Of a DNA stretch of 64,000 bases, positions 12,554 to 26,790 are shown one piece after another. The notes beneath the pieces were generated by a model, which saw nothing but the letters and a program-made list of their open reading frames with translations, did not search any database and was not told the origin of the DNA. The translations under genes and the position numbers were made by a program. Each line of letters begins with the position of its first letter. Within the stretch, counting starts at the first letter, position 1. The DNA lies in the NCBI GenBank assembly GCA_036172245.1, contig JAYWIR010000008.1:1178001-1242000 (forward strand). Reading direction: 5' to 3'. This DNA is from Raillietiella orientalis (Eukaryota).

Positions 12554-13604
12554 TCGCCTGAACAGCAGATGAAAGCGCATGCGCCCACATGGTGGATCGG
12601 AATCTCCAGTTTTATTGTCAGAAAATCTCCTTCTTAGAAGGAATTTCTCACAAATTGCGTACTCTACACAGTGCGTCATGACAACACCTGCACGATGCTT
12701 GTATTCTTCCAGTGAATTACAAAATAGATCATCGAAGGAATTGCGCTTCGAAAACAGTTTAGTCCCGTGGGTAGAGCGCATCTCAGTGGGGAGAGTTCAT
12801 CGTGGCAGTTGTGGTTTGTGGGTACAGAAACTCAGGATTCCACGCCACGTTCAGCTCAGTGAAGCTGTCGCTTTGCTGCACTCACAGAGATGGACCACAA
12901 GACGGTGGTGAGCTTTTCAGCAAGCAAACGATGCAGTGCCGTGCAACTAACGTATGAGCATCGTCTTGATGGAACGGTATGAGAATTCTTCATTGCTACT
13001 GTAAACGTGTTGTCGCTGTTGTTGTTTAGGAGAAGAAGCAAAAGAAAATGAATAATCACGGTTGTGCTCCATTGCAGCATCCTCAAGTTCTCCATTTCGG
13101 GTTCGCTCAGAAACATGTCGTGAGCTCAGGCGAGAGAGTAACCAATCCTTAGCGAATTCAGACTGCAATTCAGTGATGATGACAGGAGGTTTGATCAGTA
13201 AGCGCAGGCTGTGACGCGATGCCTCGCCGATGGCAGCAACGATACGCCGCTCACAAAAACTCTCTGTTTCGAAAGCATCCGCTATTGAAAGCCTACTCCC
13301 ACGTTCCCAAGTCAAATAGGATAACGGCGCTTCGTACCTCGAATGCACCCACGAGGAAAGTTTACCTCATCCCACACGTGGACTTAATCCCGGAATCTAT
13401 GAAGGAAAACAATCTGCGTCGAGGATCTCGTCTCGCTGTGAGTCTTTGTTCATTGTACTTCTTTGTCCTCCGTTTCCTCAATTCGAGGTCAGAGTACTGT
13501 ACACTTTACTTTCCTGACCAGCAGGACAGAATCCACACGGCGCCCTGGATATGAATGATCTTTCATGCACTGAACCCCTATCCCCCCTACCCCCCCAAAA
13601 TAAG

Positions 13605-13627
13605 CACACACACACACACACACACAC
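13605..13627. repeat. (CA)n microsatellite
   Basis: About 11 CA units, directly visible. Confidence 0.9.
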
Positions 13628-16600
13628 TTTCGTTTAGAAAGACAGTGAAACAAAGCGCCTTGAACAACCATCTGAAAATCCCAAATGTCCATCATTATTT
13701 TCAATAATTTGTTATCATTCCAGGAGAGCCATGGTTAAAATCTAGGATTCCCTTCAGCTTACATCGAAGAGGGGGAGAAAAAAATATTGCCTATGGATGG
13801 AAAGGTCTTTGATCTCAGAAACAGGCATGTGGTATTCTTCAGGAAGCAATCCCGGAAATAGTGCTCGTAACTGAAGATGGTTAAAGAAATTCATGTCAAC
13901 ACAAGCTATAAAGGGGAAGCTGTTGCCTTAACGAGTATCGATAGATTGATATGCTTCTCGCCAACAACGGACTTTCCTAGAAATCTTAATGTTTTTTATA
14001 ATCATTTACACCCGGTGGTACAAAATTGGGCTTTGTACCGGATGTGCAGAGCTGTTTGCTTGCTTTACGAGAGAATCCCAAGTGAAGAAGTTAACTGCCT
14101 GCTCATAGAGAAACGCGTGAATGTGCTTTGAGCTCTTGCAATAGTGCATTTCCAGATATGCCAAGAAATTTTACACAAATGTCAACCACAGTAGCGCATC
14201 CCTTCGAATTTCGCATGCTCATCCGAGATCAAAACTCCAAATTTTTCGCTGAATGAAGTTCCGATGCTTCACAGCGAAAAGTTTCCCTCGGAGGGGTCCT
14301 TTGAGATCTTTGCAAACATCTGCAAAGGTAAATGTAGACGAGGACACGCAGCTCTTTACTCAAAACTGAAATAAACTGTTTTGAAGGTTCCGGAAGAAAA
14401 TCCTCGCTCTGAGAAAGTAGGACGCGGAAATCCTTTCAGCTGTTTGGAGTTCTGAAGGATTGCAGAAGAGACATTTCGTGCAGGGTTTGAATGATTTCTC
14501 CTTGCTCGAAACGCAGCATCTCAATCGATTTTGAAAGGAAAACTACGTGTGGCCTATCACCTGACAATAGGAAAACAAACAGTCGGAGATTCGGGAAACT
14601 GGATAGTTTTGAAGTCTTATTGTCTATTTGCTTCTGGGTTAAACGAACACTTTGAATAGCTGAGGGCTTCTCAAGAACGTCTCAAGTTTGCACCATGACT
14701 GTAAAGCAGAGCTTCCCTTCGTCATTTAATCTCTCTATGGAATGCATAATGCATTTTACTTCAAACACGCCCACAAAGTTCCAAAGTCACTGAAACGGAT
14801 AAACTGACCGTCAGCATTCCAAAAGAAAGTGACAACGAAATGCTTCTCCTGGGAACAAATAAGCTTTGTAATCCTACAGCTCGTTAATGTAACAAAATCT
14901 CAGATCTGAATCGATTTCGGGTCATGAATGCTGGTAGAGTAGGGTTAATCTGAAAATCTCAATGGCCCTGACATTCAACGGAAAAAAAAAAAAAACACAC
15001 ATCCAAAACTTCATGACGTTAATTCTAAAAGGAAAACACACACGCTAAAGAGCAGATGTGTGTGAAAGTATTTTGGACAGCAACCCGTTCGATCTTGACT
15101 TTCTCGCTCGTTTGGTGAACTGAAGATTTGGGAAACGTCGGTATCTGAGCTTCCATTCGGTTGACTGAAACCGTAATTCCCACCGATTCAACCTGGAAGT
15201 ACCAACCGTATTTTCGTACGCAAGAAACCTCCTTTCGAATGCATCGGCTCGTACAAATGAAACCGCGCAACTGGTTGAGGACGTGTGTGTCCCATGCAGC
15301 TGCAAAATCTCTGGTAGTTAGAAAGGTGGAAAAGAGGTCGATCCTCTTTCTTTTCCAAAGATACTCACAGAGGTCACGCCGCTTTGCCTACTTTTCCACA
15401 GCATGAGACCATGCAATTGAATAATAATTATGCAGTAAATCGAAACTCATTGAAATTGTGTAATGCTAATTGAATTTGCCTTAGTATAGACTAAAGCGAA
15501 AAGAGGAAATAATCTTGTTCTCAGACTTAGTGAATTGCTCCGATAAGTAGGACTCGTGATTTCTCACGGATAACTGATTTTTTCCTTTGTCTTGATTTCC
15601 CAAGATACTTATAAATACACAAAATCTCTCTTTCTGGTAACATGACAAATGGAAAAAAGACGAAACTGAATGTGAAGTTCGAGCCAGACTGATGTATATC
15701 AGTATCAACTTTCTCTTATTAACCTATTCATGAATAGAAGTACTTCTACGCGAGAGAAATCTTTTTCTACGTAAGTTCATCATATTTCTTTTCTATTCAT
15801 TCAGCTCATTTTTAAAAAACAATTTGATTAATTCATAATAAACTACTTTGGAAGGATCATTGATCTCAGCGATTCACTCTAGATTTACTCTCATTTACAA
15901 AAATCTAAGGTATTTTAAAGTAATGTTCCCAATCCTAGCTGATATTAGTACTTATTTGGAGCTTTCTCTCTTTTTTTTTTTCTTGCGCACATCAGCCTGC
16001 AGTTCCATAGAAACCTTACACAGCTTAAAGTGGCTTGGCTCTACACATTCCTAAATAACTGCATATCAGTCAACATGTACTCTTTTTGTATGACTCGTGA
16101 CTTTTGAAGCTATAGAACGATATAAGAGATCCCGACTATATCTCACGACTCTTTAATTCATCACGACTCTACAAATACTTGAACACTGGAACACTGCAAG
16201 ATTTTAATCCTTGGTAATTGAGTCGAAATTTTCATGTTTTCTAATACAAATCCAGATTGGAATCTTTGTTTTTAATTTATCTTTTACATCGATTTCAGCT
16301 AACTTTAAATGCATGACGTATGCTGCTATTATAAATGTGACTCCTTATATCGGTTCCATGGAACTCTTCTAACTTACTAACGGCTTTAATAAATTTCAAA
16401 ACACGGTATATTTTGGTTCATTGTGCCAAAGATCTTCATAATGCGTATACCTACTTTCATAGTTTCCATTTTAAAGAAAGATATCTTGAACTTTCTCTCT
16501 TGCATCCCAAAGTTGAAAAGAAAATAGATTGCATGAATTTGCATGAGAGTTTTTTATCAATCTTAAAGCCTTTTCTTTTCCAATCTATGAATGAAATTCC

Positions 16601-19600
16601 TTAAAGTAGTCTGCTATATCTGGAATACTTATTTGGGTACTTTTCGAAATAAGTAGTCTCCTTTTATTATTCCTTCAAGGAACTTACACAAATGTTAAAA
16701 AAGCAGTTCAGATCTTGGAATACTTGTATGTGGGTGATATCTATATTAGGTATACTCCACATTAACCACAGTTTTCCTTTTAATTTGTGTTTGTAACCAA
16801 AACACTTGTTTCTATTGCCAACACGAAAAATGTCATCTGAATCTCTGCAGTGAGACTTTGAATGAAAAGAAGAAAACAAAATGTATGTATTTCATTCCTG
16901 TGTCCATTTTTTTTGTTGTTCAAACAATTACTTTAACTCCGATCGACTTTAATAAAAAAAATTACTATTGTACCAACCCATTAAATATTCCGTTTCTTGA
17001 TTGTACTATCAAATGTTTGGCAAATGATCATTTCGATCAGATATTTATTACGGGAAAAATATCTATCCCACAATTATCCTCGTTTTTTTGAGTTTTGGAG
17101 CTGGCATCCCTGTTTCCTAAGTATTTGGGATTTTATGACGCGTTTCAGAGTTTCCCACATGGAATAAGCTTCTTTGCCTCTCATGTCTGTCATTTGGTTT
17201 AATTTTCTCAGTTTTAATGCTGACTTATATTGTTGGCTCCTTTGTGCTTATAACATTTAGACTTGCATCATCTCTCTTTCTAAAAGTGCTCTTTAAAACA
17301 AAAAAAGTTCTGTTCACTGTTATTTTAAAACAAACGCAAAGCATCATAATTGGAATTCGCAAGGAACGAAGATTTCAGGTTTTGATAGTGACCCTGAGGA
17401 CAAACGTATTGCTTTTGCAGTTTTCCAAAAACTGAGCCTTCAAAAGAACAAAAAACGGCAAAACATTCTCATTTGCATTTTGAAGACTTGTCAAAAAAAA
17501 AAAAAAACAACTAGCATATGTTACCTATTTCCTTCTTCTTTGATCACCATATCATTTTTCGATTCCTTTTCACTTTTACCATCCAGTAACCAAGGATCAC
17601 TCTCTCTAAATCTGTTAAATTGAATGCAGATACTACTGAAATTTCACTTACAAGTATATTTACCTCGTTTCCCACTTTTTTAAATCAAATACATCTATAA
17701 ATTCTCCATTTGGAGAATTTACAGCATACTTTGCTAAATGGAGTTGATTCAAAGTTCCTTCTAAGACTACTACTATGGGGAGCAGGTCTACTACTTGGGA
17801 TTCCACCATTTTTTCATTTTTAGGTTACTAAACGAAGATTTTCATTTTGACACCAACTCAAGGAACTTGAAAAACAAAAACAAAAAAACATTACTATCAG
17901 TGTGCTGAAAGTCTATGCTCACATAATTCCCATGTTACAGCGTTTGATCAATATTTGTCCAGTTTGAAAAGAGTAAGTAGAAATGAATTCAGGTCAACCA
18001 TAATTTATGAGATTATTGTTCAGCAAATGTTTAGGCAAATCGTAGTTTTAATCCCGGAATTTCCTGGTAAGTTGTCAAGTGCATACTTTCAACAAAAAAT
18101 ATTTTTGTATAGTTTTTCCTGTATTGAATGGGTCTTCACACAGAATCGAACGGTAACCAATATTATGTTTTGAAATACGAAATACTTCACCTTCAACTTG
18201 AAATTCCATTTTCTCGAAAAAGGCTTTTGATGGAAATGCGCGTTTTTGACCATGGCTACGTCGTGTAGGAATGTGTATCAGTCAACAGTTAGTGTTCACA
18301 GAAGGCTAGTTCTTACAGTTGGGAACAGAATTGCCGATCACAGACGATTCGACTATGCAGTAGATTACTTTTATTGATTTGAGTGTACTGATTCTACTTT
18401 TCTCATCTTTAGAATGTTATGCATATCAGCCCTTCAATGCAAGATTGTTGTTCAAAACCGACTGTCTGTTCATTCTAACCGGACACTTACAGAGTTTTCT
18501 TAAAATCTCCAAGATAAGTTTTTCAAAACTTGAATATGAAGCCTTCAAAAATTAGCTAAACTAAACCAATATAATCATTCAATCAGCATCTTTCCTTCTT
18601 AAATTTGTCGTTTAAGTAAGTATAATTGAATGTGACGTATTGCATACGCCGCATGGAAACCCTGCTAGGGCGCGGACAGAACAGTGAATGCAACAACGTG
18701 CCGTTTCTCCTGTTACCTGTGATTTTGATGAATTACACGTATATCTCTAGCTACAGATAAATGAAAAGCACTCTCAATAAACGAAGCAGAAGATTGGCAA
18801 CAGACTCGGTGTAAAGTCCTCCCATCATTTTTACCTCGAAATGCGCGCACCATAATTAGACTTTTTGGTAGGAACTTTTTGGTATTTTGAAATAGCATGT
18901 TGATAATTTAGATGCTATAACTATTAGGTGCGCTTTTTATGAAGCATTTCTGTTTTATGCCTTTCACAAGTTTCATTGTCAATGAATGAAGTCAACATAA
19001 AAACAGTAGGCTTCCCGCAATAGCATTCCAATCGAATTAAGTTTGTATTCATGTGTGCCAAATCTCAAAAAGATAATAAAGCACGTGAAAAACAATCATT
19101 AGTACAGCATCCACTTAATGATCCTAACCTTTCTGCATTCATCTTGCAATTACATGTTTCCTTTCCTAGAAGATGATCATGAGGTTTGGATAATGCTTTA
19201 ACAAAAACAAGAACCTCTCCAGAATGGCTAAAAAATAGTAGAACTTGTTTTGCACATCAGAGTCCAGGTCAGAAACCATAATTTCTGCCTAATGCAGAAT
19301 CTGGCATGCAATGGAATACAATTAAGTTATGATTTACTTTTAAAAGCAATGGAAGTTTCTAAGTGCTTGTTGCTGTTTCTGTAAACAATGTACGTAATTT
19401 AAAACGAATACAAATATAAAAAACATATGCCACAAGTACATGATGCAGCACAAAAAGACTAACACTTCATGTTAGTTGACAAAATATTATTCTTAGGGAA
19501 TGGGCATTTTCATGAGATAGCTTATGCTCAAATAATGACTAAAAAGTTTTGCTATTTGACAAACCTTGAAATCTTAATGCAAGACTATTTCATTGTAATT

Positions 19601-19720
19601 TTTACTGCTGTGAATTTCAAAAAATAACTCCAAATATACTGATCATCAATAATCTATTTGGACTTCATAAAAAGAAACACATCTTCCATGAAAATCAAAG
19701 GAAACTAATAATTCAGTAAA

Positions 19721-21669
19721 TTATTTCTTTGACCACTGTATTCTCTCCTCTTTTTCTTTCAAAACTTCATCAAGATATGGTTCCAAATATCTCACATCCT
19801 ATGATAAAAAAGGTGATACATTTATAATACATTCTACATACATCTTCCATTTTTGTCCACTGCTCTTTAGGTAGAAAATCATGCTGTATATTTAGTTGCA
19901 CAGCACGAAGAATGCGGTATATCCGTTCATCTTGCAGTTGTTGTGGCATTCGTCGTATTGCTTCTTCTACTTCTGGAGTCTCATATCGTAAATCATCATG
20001 TAACAAACCTAATAAACATTAGTAATCAGAAATGAAAATGATCACAATAGTTACAAGATGGTACACAGAAGAACACAAAGAGATCAAATTTTAAAATCTG
20101 TTCATCTTTTTTCGGTTTCTAAAAGTTGTTATGTGTCTGAACAAGTCATCAACAACAGGGATGACTGAAACTGAGGAGTATTCCATAACATCTAATTGGT
20201 AAAATTACAGTTGATTTATTTCTCTGAAAAACTACCCATTTCGACGATTTTCGCTTCATTTTTCAATATAATTTGCATTAAAACTAAAGCTACAAGAGAC
20301 ACCCAAAAGCAAATCTCCCAATAATCGAGTATTTATGAAGGCATACAAAATGAACTAACTAAAATGAGTCCCAAATAAATGTCGATTAATATTTTAATTC
20401 AGAAGAAACTGACTTCACCCATAAAAATAAATATATACTAAGACATCATCCCATAAAGAAGCAATGACGGAAACAAAAGGAATCTGCATCATAAAATGAA
20501 TATATACTATACCAAGAAATCAGTTTTGTGACTGAAATCTCATATGAATAATTTCAAGCATTCTTGAGAGCAAAGAACACAGAAAATTCGGATACAGTTT
20601 TTGTATTATTGCTAAAAACACACCCAGTTGCGGAAGTGTCTCTTTATCTTTTGCAACATAATCTCACTCATTCTTCCTGAAGAATTTTCTAGTCTACATA
20701 CTTTGCCATTCACTCAGCCTGGGACAATATAAGTTAGAAATCATGTGGAGTATGTTGAACAAAACACTCATGCTTTTGTATAATAAAAATTTTGGGAAAT
20801 TTACAACTGCATTGCAGTATCATCAGTGTTGCAGTCTGCATTATAAATGAACAACAAATTCAACACTATAATTAATTACAGGGGATAACAAATAAAATCA
20901 TATTTGACTGACAACAAATTTTCATTTCGAAAACATGTTTGCTGAAATGCTTATGAACCTCATTTCACAAGTCAGTAACTCCTTTTTTTAATCTCCTCAT
21001 ATAAACACACGTATGCACATGGTCAAAATCCTTTGAATATATATGACGAAACAATATTTTAAACGTTGAAAAAGTTAGTCTGATCTAATATGAAAACTGG
21101 CATATTTTTTCCTCTGATGATCATAAAACAAATGAAAATCATAACTAACGCTGATTCAGTTTATTAACATGATTATTTAAACAATACCATAAGAAAGGAC
21201 AATTTACATCAAACAAAGAAATAAAGATAAAGATTACTTAGATAATGATTTTCTTATGGAATTGAAGTTTAGCACGGCGCACAAAATGTATTTGTTGAGA
21301 ATTACATAGTTTGAATGCTACATAAAAACCTTACCTAATTTGTTGTAGCCAGCTTCATGAAACTGCCATCTCCGAAGGGCGTTTCTAAGTTGAGCTAACA
21401 CAAACTTTTGTAACTTGATGTTTCAATAACCATCATTGTGAAAACAACTGTTGATAAATACTTGCTTCACAATTACTTATGATAAAAAGTAATAACTATT
21501 CATTTTGAGAAAGAAATGTAACTATTCTAAATCGCCATCAGGAAACTCTTACGGCAGGAATAATAAAGCTTCCAAAAAACAATACAAAGCAAAGGAAAAC
21601 CCTCATAAAATCTGATCAAATCACCTATTTAGACTCACCAAAAAATCCGAATTTAACTGCGGTTCCCAT
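19721..21669 (-). CDS. UQCRB: Cytochrome b-c1 complex subunit 7
   Basis: Exons 21669-21639, 21394-21335, 20008-19842 and 19798-19721: MGTAVKFGFFAQLRNALRRWQFHEAGYNKLGLLHDDLRYETPEVEEAIRRMP...DERIYRILRA...[37 protein letters not shown]. Confidence 0.95.
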
Positions 21670-24600
21670 TCCTTAACCACACATCAGCACCGAAAGACAG
21701 AGAGAAACAAAACAGAATTATCAGGTATTCCGTTTAGATACGTGACATTTAATAGAAGAACTGTCTTCACAACGAAGCATTGTGTCCTCAGAAAATATTA
21801 TAGATATACTTCTCGAATGAAAGCAATTTATAAATTGTTTGAAAAGCACATGTAAAATGTATTACGAGGATAATTTTTTAGGTTAGGATAACTTATTATT
21901 ATATTTTTGTTGCGATTCCAATATAGCTTCATTTTTTGTTTAAAATGGCAACATATTGTTTGTGTTTCATTTTTATAAAAGTTACTAGAAGAGAAAACAT
22001 CATAACCGACTTTTGATTTCTCATTTAAAATTTCAAACATTTAAGAGTGTAATTAGCCATCTGTATTTGTACTATTTATTTCAATTATTTCCTTTGATTA
22101 ATGGACGAAAGTGGAAATTCTATCCAATCCGTTACCTACTATACTACAAAGAACCAAATTCAAGACGTAAAGGTTCGTAAAGAGCTAATATGTAAATGTA
22201 AATAAATTTTAAGAATCCTAAATAATTTCCTTGTGCTAATGATACTTTATTGTTAACAATATAAGTCAAAGATAAAATGTTCAACTGCTTATTCAAATAA
22301 AATTCATTATGGTAAAAATTCAGTAATAATGAAAATTTGAAACCAACTCTCTTAACTTTATGTACAGTTATTTTCACCCTATATAAAGACAAATTTGGCA
22401 TTAATGTTGAGACAAGATTCCTTGAAAGGACTAAAGAACATCTCAAATGAAGCACACTAAGACAGGCACATTTCACTTCGTCCTTACATGAGTAGAGATC
22501 TCTCATTAATCGCCATTAAAGTGAATCGTCATCAAAGATCTTCCATTCAAGTGTTATTTCTTCATTTTAATAAGAACTTTCTATACAAGTTCATGTTTCA
22601 AACAAATTCTTCATCATATATTTGGACCTAGGAAGTTTCAAAAAGGAATTTCCAAAAGGGATTACAAATTCCAAGTAATTAGATACGAATAATTAATAGA
22701 GAAGGTTTTTATTTAGGGAAAATACATCAACACTGCATTTAATATGTAAAGATCTCATGAAGAAGCCCAAAGGTCAGACCTCTACTGAAAAAGTAATACT
22801 CTTAATTTTCATTTTAATAATGTTTTTACTTCATTTAATGCTTACATAATAGACATTGATTATGATAATGCACAATAAACTAGAATCAGAGAATACTTTC
22901 ACATTGATCTATAAAGTTAATAATAACTAGTCTTATATTCTGGATAGAAAAAGCTTCTAAAACTCGAGAACCAATTACATTATCAACCTCAAAATCGAAT
23001 TCACTTTCCAGCTGCAGTTTAAAAACTTTCAAAATCCTTTTTTAAAACTCAGTCCACAATAGTTTTGAAACCGAACAGCAAAGATAAATGGAGGCATCAT
23101 TTTCTTCATTTTTTCAGAAGTGTTACTTAATATCTCTATTCCCTTAAATAACATATTAAAGAATTTAAACCAAATTCGTTTCACTCGTTTCACCTGTGGG
23201 AGCTTTACAAGCTTCATTCACTTGTGCCATTGAGCAAGAATTTGCTAAAGGGAAGAATGACATCATGTCGGTGTGTGGGAAACACCTTTGACTAACAATC
23301 AATAAAGCAACAACGGCGAAGTTTAAAATGCCCTTTAAATAATGAACGAGTGCGATTCTAAGACTGTAAGACTGTATTCGTTCAAATATGGAAAGTAAGG
23401 TCAAAAACATTACTATACAAGAACTTGAAGGAGGCAGTTCTGTGCCTACCGTTCAAGAATCTTTGCATATAAGCAAAGAAAACCAAAGAGATCCTTAAAG
23501 GAACTGGACTGACCCTTAATGGGAAGACTACTAAGGAATATTGATAACAATTAATACTGTCATAATAGAAAAAAAATTAGTTGTAGTTGGTCGGAGCTCT
23601 CAATTAATTGAGTGATTTTGGTCGAAATTGCATTATTTTCTATGCCTATGTAGACTTGTTTGTGTTTTCTCCGAAATTGGAGGAATTTCGTGATAATCAT
23701 ACTATATCAAAGGTCCTGATGAAGTGTGATGAAGATTTGTTTGTTCAGAGAAATAACATTTTACGTCCATAATCCATGTAAGTACTATAGAAGATACGAA
23801 TTCCAGAGATACAAAGTATTTGCACCTAAGTTCCTCCTTAGCTGCTTGCCTTAAATGCACCACATAATGAGTCTGAAAGCTCTTTTCTGAAATTCAAGTC
23901 AATTGAAAGCTGATGTCAAATAATAACGTATCATAAAATTTGAAGTTCTAGAATCTTCTTATCCGCTTTTATCTATTATATTCCGATAAAACTTTGTACA
24001 TTCGATGAAGGAACTATTGGATTTTTCCACATTCACCATCAATAACAGTTAGTTCCTCTTATTTACTTCATATTAGACTAGTACAAGTTATCCTCGGTTC
24101 GTGCATAGGACTATATATAATTGTTATATATATATATAACAAATCATTTATGCACACCGATATTCGAAACTACTGCTCGAACCAACACAAATATCTGTAT
24201 ATATATATTGTTATTCAAAAACAAAAGATAAAAAAAATAGGGATTGCTTTTTCTGTGAAAAGGATTTACAATATAAGAGAGCCACCCATTTAAAGGAAGC
24301 TATGATCAAGAGCGTCCAAATTTTCTCTTGACCACATTCTGAGACTTGTCTTGTATTTTGTAACCTCAACAGGGTAAGCAACCATACTGACTTTTGGCAC
24401 CAACTCATTAAAAAAAATTCATTATCCTGCTCTTTACAATTGAGCTAAAAGACGATCACAGCTGGGTTCCTCGGAGCAAAAAATCAGAGAACTATGAGAG
24501 AAAGAAAATGCACATTTGAAATGAAACAAGTAACGTTCTATAAATGAATTTCCAAATGCTGAATGAAACACTACCCATGCAAAGAGGGGTCTTCGAACAT

Positions 24601-26790
24601 CCTTGTGATACGTAGTGTTCGGTAAGATCACTACTACTTAGGCATAAAAGGAAATATCAACTCTATTGCTTTAGGTTTTTTTGATGACTATTCTATAGAG
24701 CATCTTCTTGTGGAAAGTTAATAACGATAACTCAGCTTACATTTCTTTTGTGTTTATTCAGGCTCTGTTTTTGGCTATTATTGAGACCATTTCTAATCAG
24801 TATCGTTTTATGTTATATTTTTCATTTTTCTGAAGGTTTAAAGTTTTTCATTCAATGGAACTTGCATACTGATCTAAGGGACTCAATCCTCGTTTATGTG
24901 GAAAGCTTTTCATAATAAACCATCAGCATGTAAAAAAGCTCAAACTTGTCAAGCGTAGTAAAGGGATTCCTAAAGTGTTTTCTACTGCTTTCATATCGTC
25001 TCCTTCACATGTTCCTAGCTCATCAAGTCACATAAGTTTGCTATTTTTATTTTTCCTTTCTCCCCATTGTCATATAGGTTTCAAATAATACAATGTTTGA
25101 ACTCTAACAAACTATAGATTTGTGACAAATACTTAAATTGAAAATCATACTTTTGGGTTATGAACTACATGACAGTCTATAATGCATGCTGTCAAAGTTG
25201 AAAAATCTTGTCTCAACAAATTATCCGTATCTGGGAAAATTCCTTGGTCTGTTCAATTCATATCTCACTGAATTCCCAACCTTGAAATTCTTTCGATTCA
25301 AACATTAAACAAAATGCCACGAATGAAAGAAACAAGAAATTTCCAAAAGTTTTGCGTTTTGTTTCGGCTACGAAGGGAAAAATTGCTTCTGTTTTTGGAT
25401 GACTTTTGATTTATAGAGAGAATACTGAGAAGACAGAAAAGATGGTTCCAAATCCTTCCCTCCTCTCTCTCTTCACTACCCGAAATGGCAATCTCATCGG
25501 TTTAACTGTAACAATAAATAAATCGTGGATTCAAAAATGCAAAAACCATATAAATAAAACCTGAAACCGAACTATTTATGGAGCTCTCCAGTATGGCTTA
25601 ACATGTCATGTTTTCATATCCCTTCACTCCTATGATAGATGCTTCATTTTCCAGGAAGTGTTGTCATAACAGAATGCATAAATTCTCATATTTCCAAGGA
25701 CATACTTGAATAAGGGAAATCTTATAGAAAATTCTGTATCCATATGAGAGGATTTATTTTAATGTGTGTTAATTAATTACCATTAATCAGTTGAAACGGG
25801 GGATCCAAATGAAACAATGCTCCGTATAAATCATTTGCCTTCGGGGCTTTTGGATTCGTGTCTGGAGGAAGATGTTCATAGGAAACACTCTCAGCAGAAC
25901 CAGTTTTGAACAGAAGTTAATATTCTGCAAACGTGCTTCGATTAAATAAATTATATAAAAGGAATCGAAAACGTTTACTTAATTATCAGTGTTCTAAGAG
26001 CTATAAAAATAGGCACCCTTCATTTCAGAATTACCTTATCACAAAAACATATAATAAGTGAACACAGAATTGTTCCAGTATACAGTACATATTAGACAAT
26101 CTGATAAAATTGAAATTTACATATATTTTCTACTCCATGCGATAAGGACCATTCCGTTTTTTCACATGTTGTTTATCACCTCGCATAAGATTATCCATCG
26201 TAAGGAAAAAATAGGCAATCATCAGTGCACACAAAGATTCCGGGGAAGGCCTTGTGGTATGGTACGTGGTCCTCAAGTAGTTTTCATAGTAAAAAAAGAG
26301 CAATTAGGCAGCAGCAGCACCCCCTTCCTGCTCCCCCCCTGGAGATATGCAAGATATCATTATCGGAAATACCTGTTAGGCCACAACGGGAAATGTTGTA
26401 AACACCATGAGTGTTAACATAACTCATTTGTGATATAACCTTGTTATGATCGTTTGAACAATTAAATTGGAACCACGCGAAGGTGGACCGATGTTAATGG
26501 ATATTTGGTTATTTGAATGTTTTCCTTTGATGTCTTCAATAATAATCACAGCTAGTAGGAATGCAATGTACGGTTTATATACCCTGCAATGGTAGGAACT
26601 TTCCATTTTGTGTATTCTGACGTTATGTGTACTTTTCTTTATTCCCAGTTCAAGTTTTAAAATCAAAGTTTGGAACTAAATCTGTTTTACTTGCGGTAAA
26701 TTATATATGCATGTGAAAATGTTCCATAATGGTAGAGTAAACCATCACTTTGCTTTTAAATAAACCGGAAAGTTGGGTCCTTGATGGAAG

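Noticed and set aside
13935..13942. TATCGATA (DRE-like palindrome)
   Set aside because: A single 8-mer with no mapped TSS nearby; expected by chance in 64 kb.
24121..24142. TTGTTATATATATATATAACAA palindrome
   Set aside because: Explained by a (TA)n microsatellite in AT-rich DNA.
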